From assembly GCA_002633005.1 (NCBI GenBank), contig NMRA01000003.1, forward strand, positions 728,696 through 792,695: a stretch of 64,000 nt of DNA, in the 5' to 3' direction. Both the position numbers and the translations under genes were made by a program. Source of the stretch: Phoronis australis (taxonomy: Eukaryota; Animalia; Phoronida). The notes under the pieces were generated by a model. The model did not search any database. It saw only the letters and a list, made by a program, of their open reading frames with translations, and was not told where the DNA came from. Positions 62,601 through 64,000 of this stretch are shown piece by piece. Numbering within the stretch: position 1 is the first letter of the stretch; every line of letters begins with the position of its first letter.

Positions 62601-64000
62601 AATCATTGAATCAGAAAATCGATATGTCTTAATGTTTTTCTGCTCTGAAATGTTTTCAAGTTGATTCAGTGTTGATAAAAGTACACGCATGTAGTGTTTA
62701 AAGCTGTTACTGGCATTGTAAAATTGTTAGGGAAACTTGAAATTTCAACTTAATAAAAAACAAGCATTTTTAAACATTTCGACACTTTCTAGATTGTAAT
62801 TACTGTTTTATCTGATCTGGTTCGCTTTACGATTAGCCAAGAACAGTTTTTGATGCAAACATTCCGTGATTTAAAATCAGATATTCCATGTAAACAGTAG
62901 CATAACTCAATTAAACGCACACAATATTTATATTTGGTTGGATGGACTTGTCGCTGTTAACGGCCACAACTCAACACGTCGTAGACAGCTAGGCTACCAA
63001 CGATAATTTTATCACTATTTTTGAAATAAACAGGCAGCAGTTAGCGGCGGATTAGAGAGGATTAGGCCCCACAAGTTGTACTTATAATTTAACTGATACA
63101 AACCCTCTACCGTCATCTACTTTTCTATGTCGGTGATAAATTTCAATAAGATCCATGAACGAGATCAGCGTAACGTTTTTTAAATTAGACAAATGCCACT
63201 ATATTGGTAAAATGACTTAACGACCGATCTAAAGGTATTGACACATTGATTAAATTTTAAATTACACATTTTCAAAGTTTTAGGAACACCCCGGCTCCGA
63301 TGTGGATACTTTACATGTGTTTAGTTAGACAGATGAACTAACCGCGATGCCTTCATTTAGGATTAGTGTGTTTGACTTGCTCTACGAAGTATGGTTATGA
63401 AACACAAACAAACAAATATACCGGCAAGTGAAGAGCAAAGTCAAGCCTCTCTGAGTCGTCGGAAAATCCTGTTCATCTCGCACAACCAAATTAAACTGTG
63501 CCGTCAAATTTTGTTCAGTGATATTTATACAAGCAAGAGCAAGTTGAAATATAGTTCACAACAACGACAGATTAAATAAATACGATATAACATTCATGGA
63601 AAAAATTGTCAGTTAAAACTGCTAGTAAATATTCGCTTAAGAGCCCAAAAGACCCTAACTCCTAATTATGTTCGGTTTGACCTTAAATAAAACTGAGCGG
63701 CTGAATTGAAAAACGAGAGCTAATCAATTTCAAGAGATCATGACCGTGATCACATAATGCTCGCAAAGATTTTTGTTGTCTTAAAGAAAATCGCACATCT
63801 AATAATTAAAGATTTAAAGATTTTCTTCCAATCTCGCCTCATCGTACAAACACCATTAAGCGACTATTGAAGAGTGAGGATTTATGGTTAGACAAACTAC
63901 GCAATAGATCTCGACAAACACTCTCGGATTTAAAACGTTAATGCAATTAAGTAATGGAGTGAGAGACGATGGGTACCCGGAGTTAAGCCGGTGAGAAAGC

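Overview
AT-rich, intron-containing animal genomic DNA, probably from a marine invertebrate bilaterian (taxon cannot be fixed from sequence alone), with two assembly gaps. Four host genes were reconstructed by hand with GT-AG boundaries and consistent reading phases. (1) PLA2G6/iPLA2-beta on the minus strand: 10 coding exons, 490 codons, ankyrin region; the patatin domain lies beyond the left edge. (2) DTWD1 on the plus strand, head-to-head with PLA2G6: 4 exons, 283 aa. (3) A Dmbx K50 paired-class homeobox gene with an OAR motif: 5 coding exons, 303 aa, preceded by about 16 kb of non-coding DNA. (4) An uninterrupted 298-aa ASB17-like SOCS-box ORF. Introns and intergenic DNA hold many DNA-transposon derivatives: two Helentron-type HINEs, Kolobok-like TTAA elements, an internally deleted ISL2EU-like element (THAP + SWIM), hAT- and Harbinger-like MITEs, a foldback element and tRNA-derived SINE heads. 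The most notable observations are HINE satellite arrays whose monomers carry CTCF-like motifs in convergent orientation around the PLA2G6/DTWD1 promoter, a 49-bp tandem duplication that doubles a PLA2G6 splice acceptor, and an open transposon THAP ORF positioned to be captured by the PLA2G6 promoter. No prokaryotic-type system is present, and nothing here is a proven new biological system.
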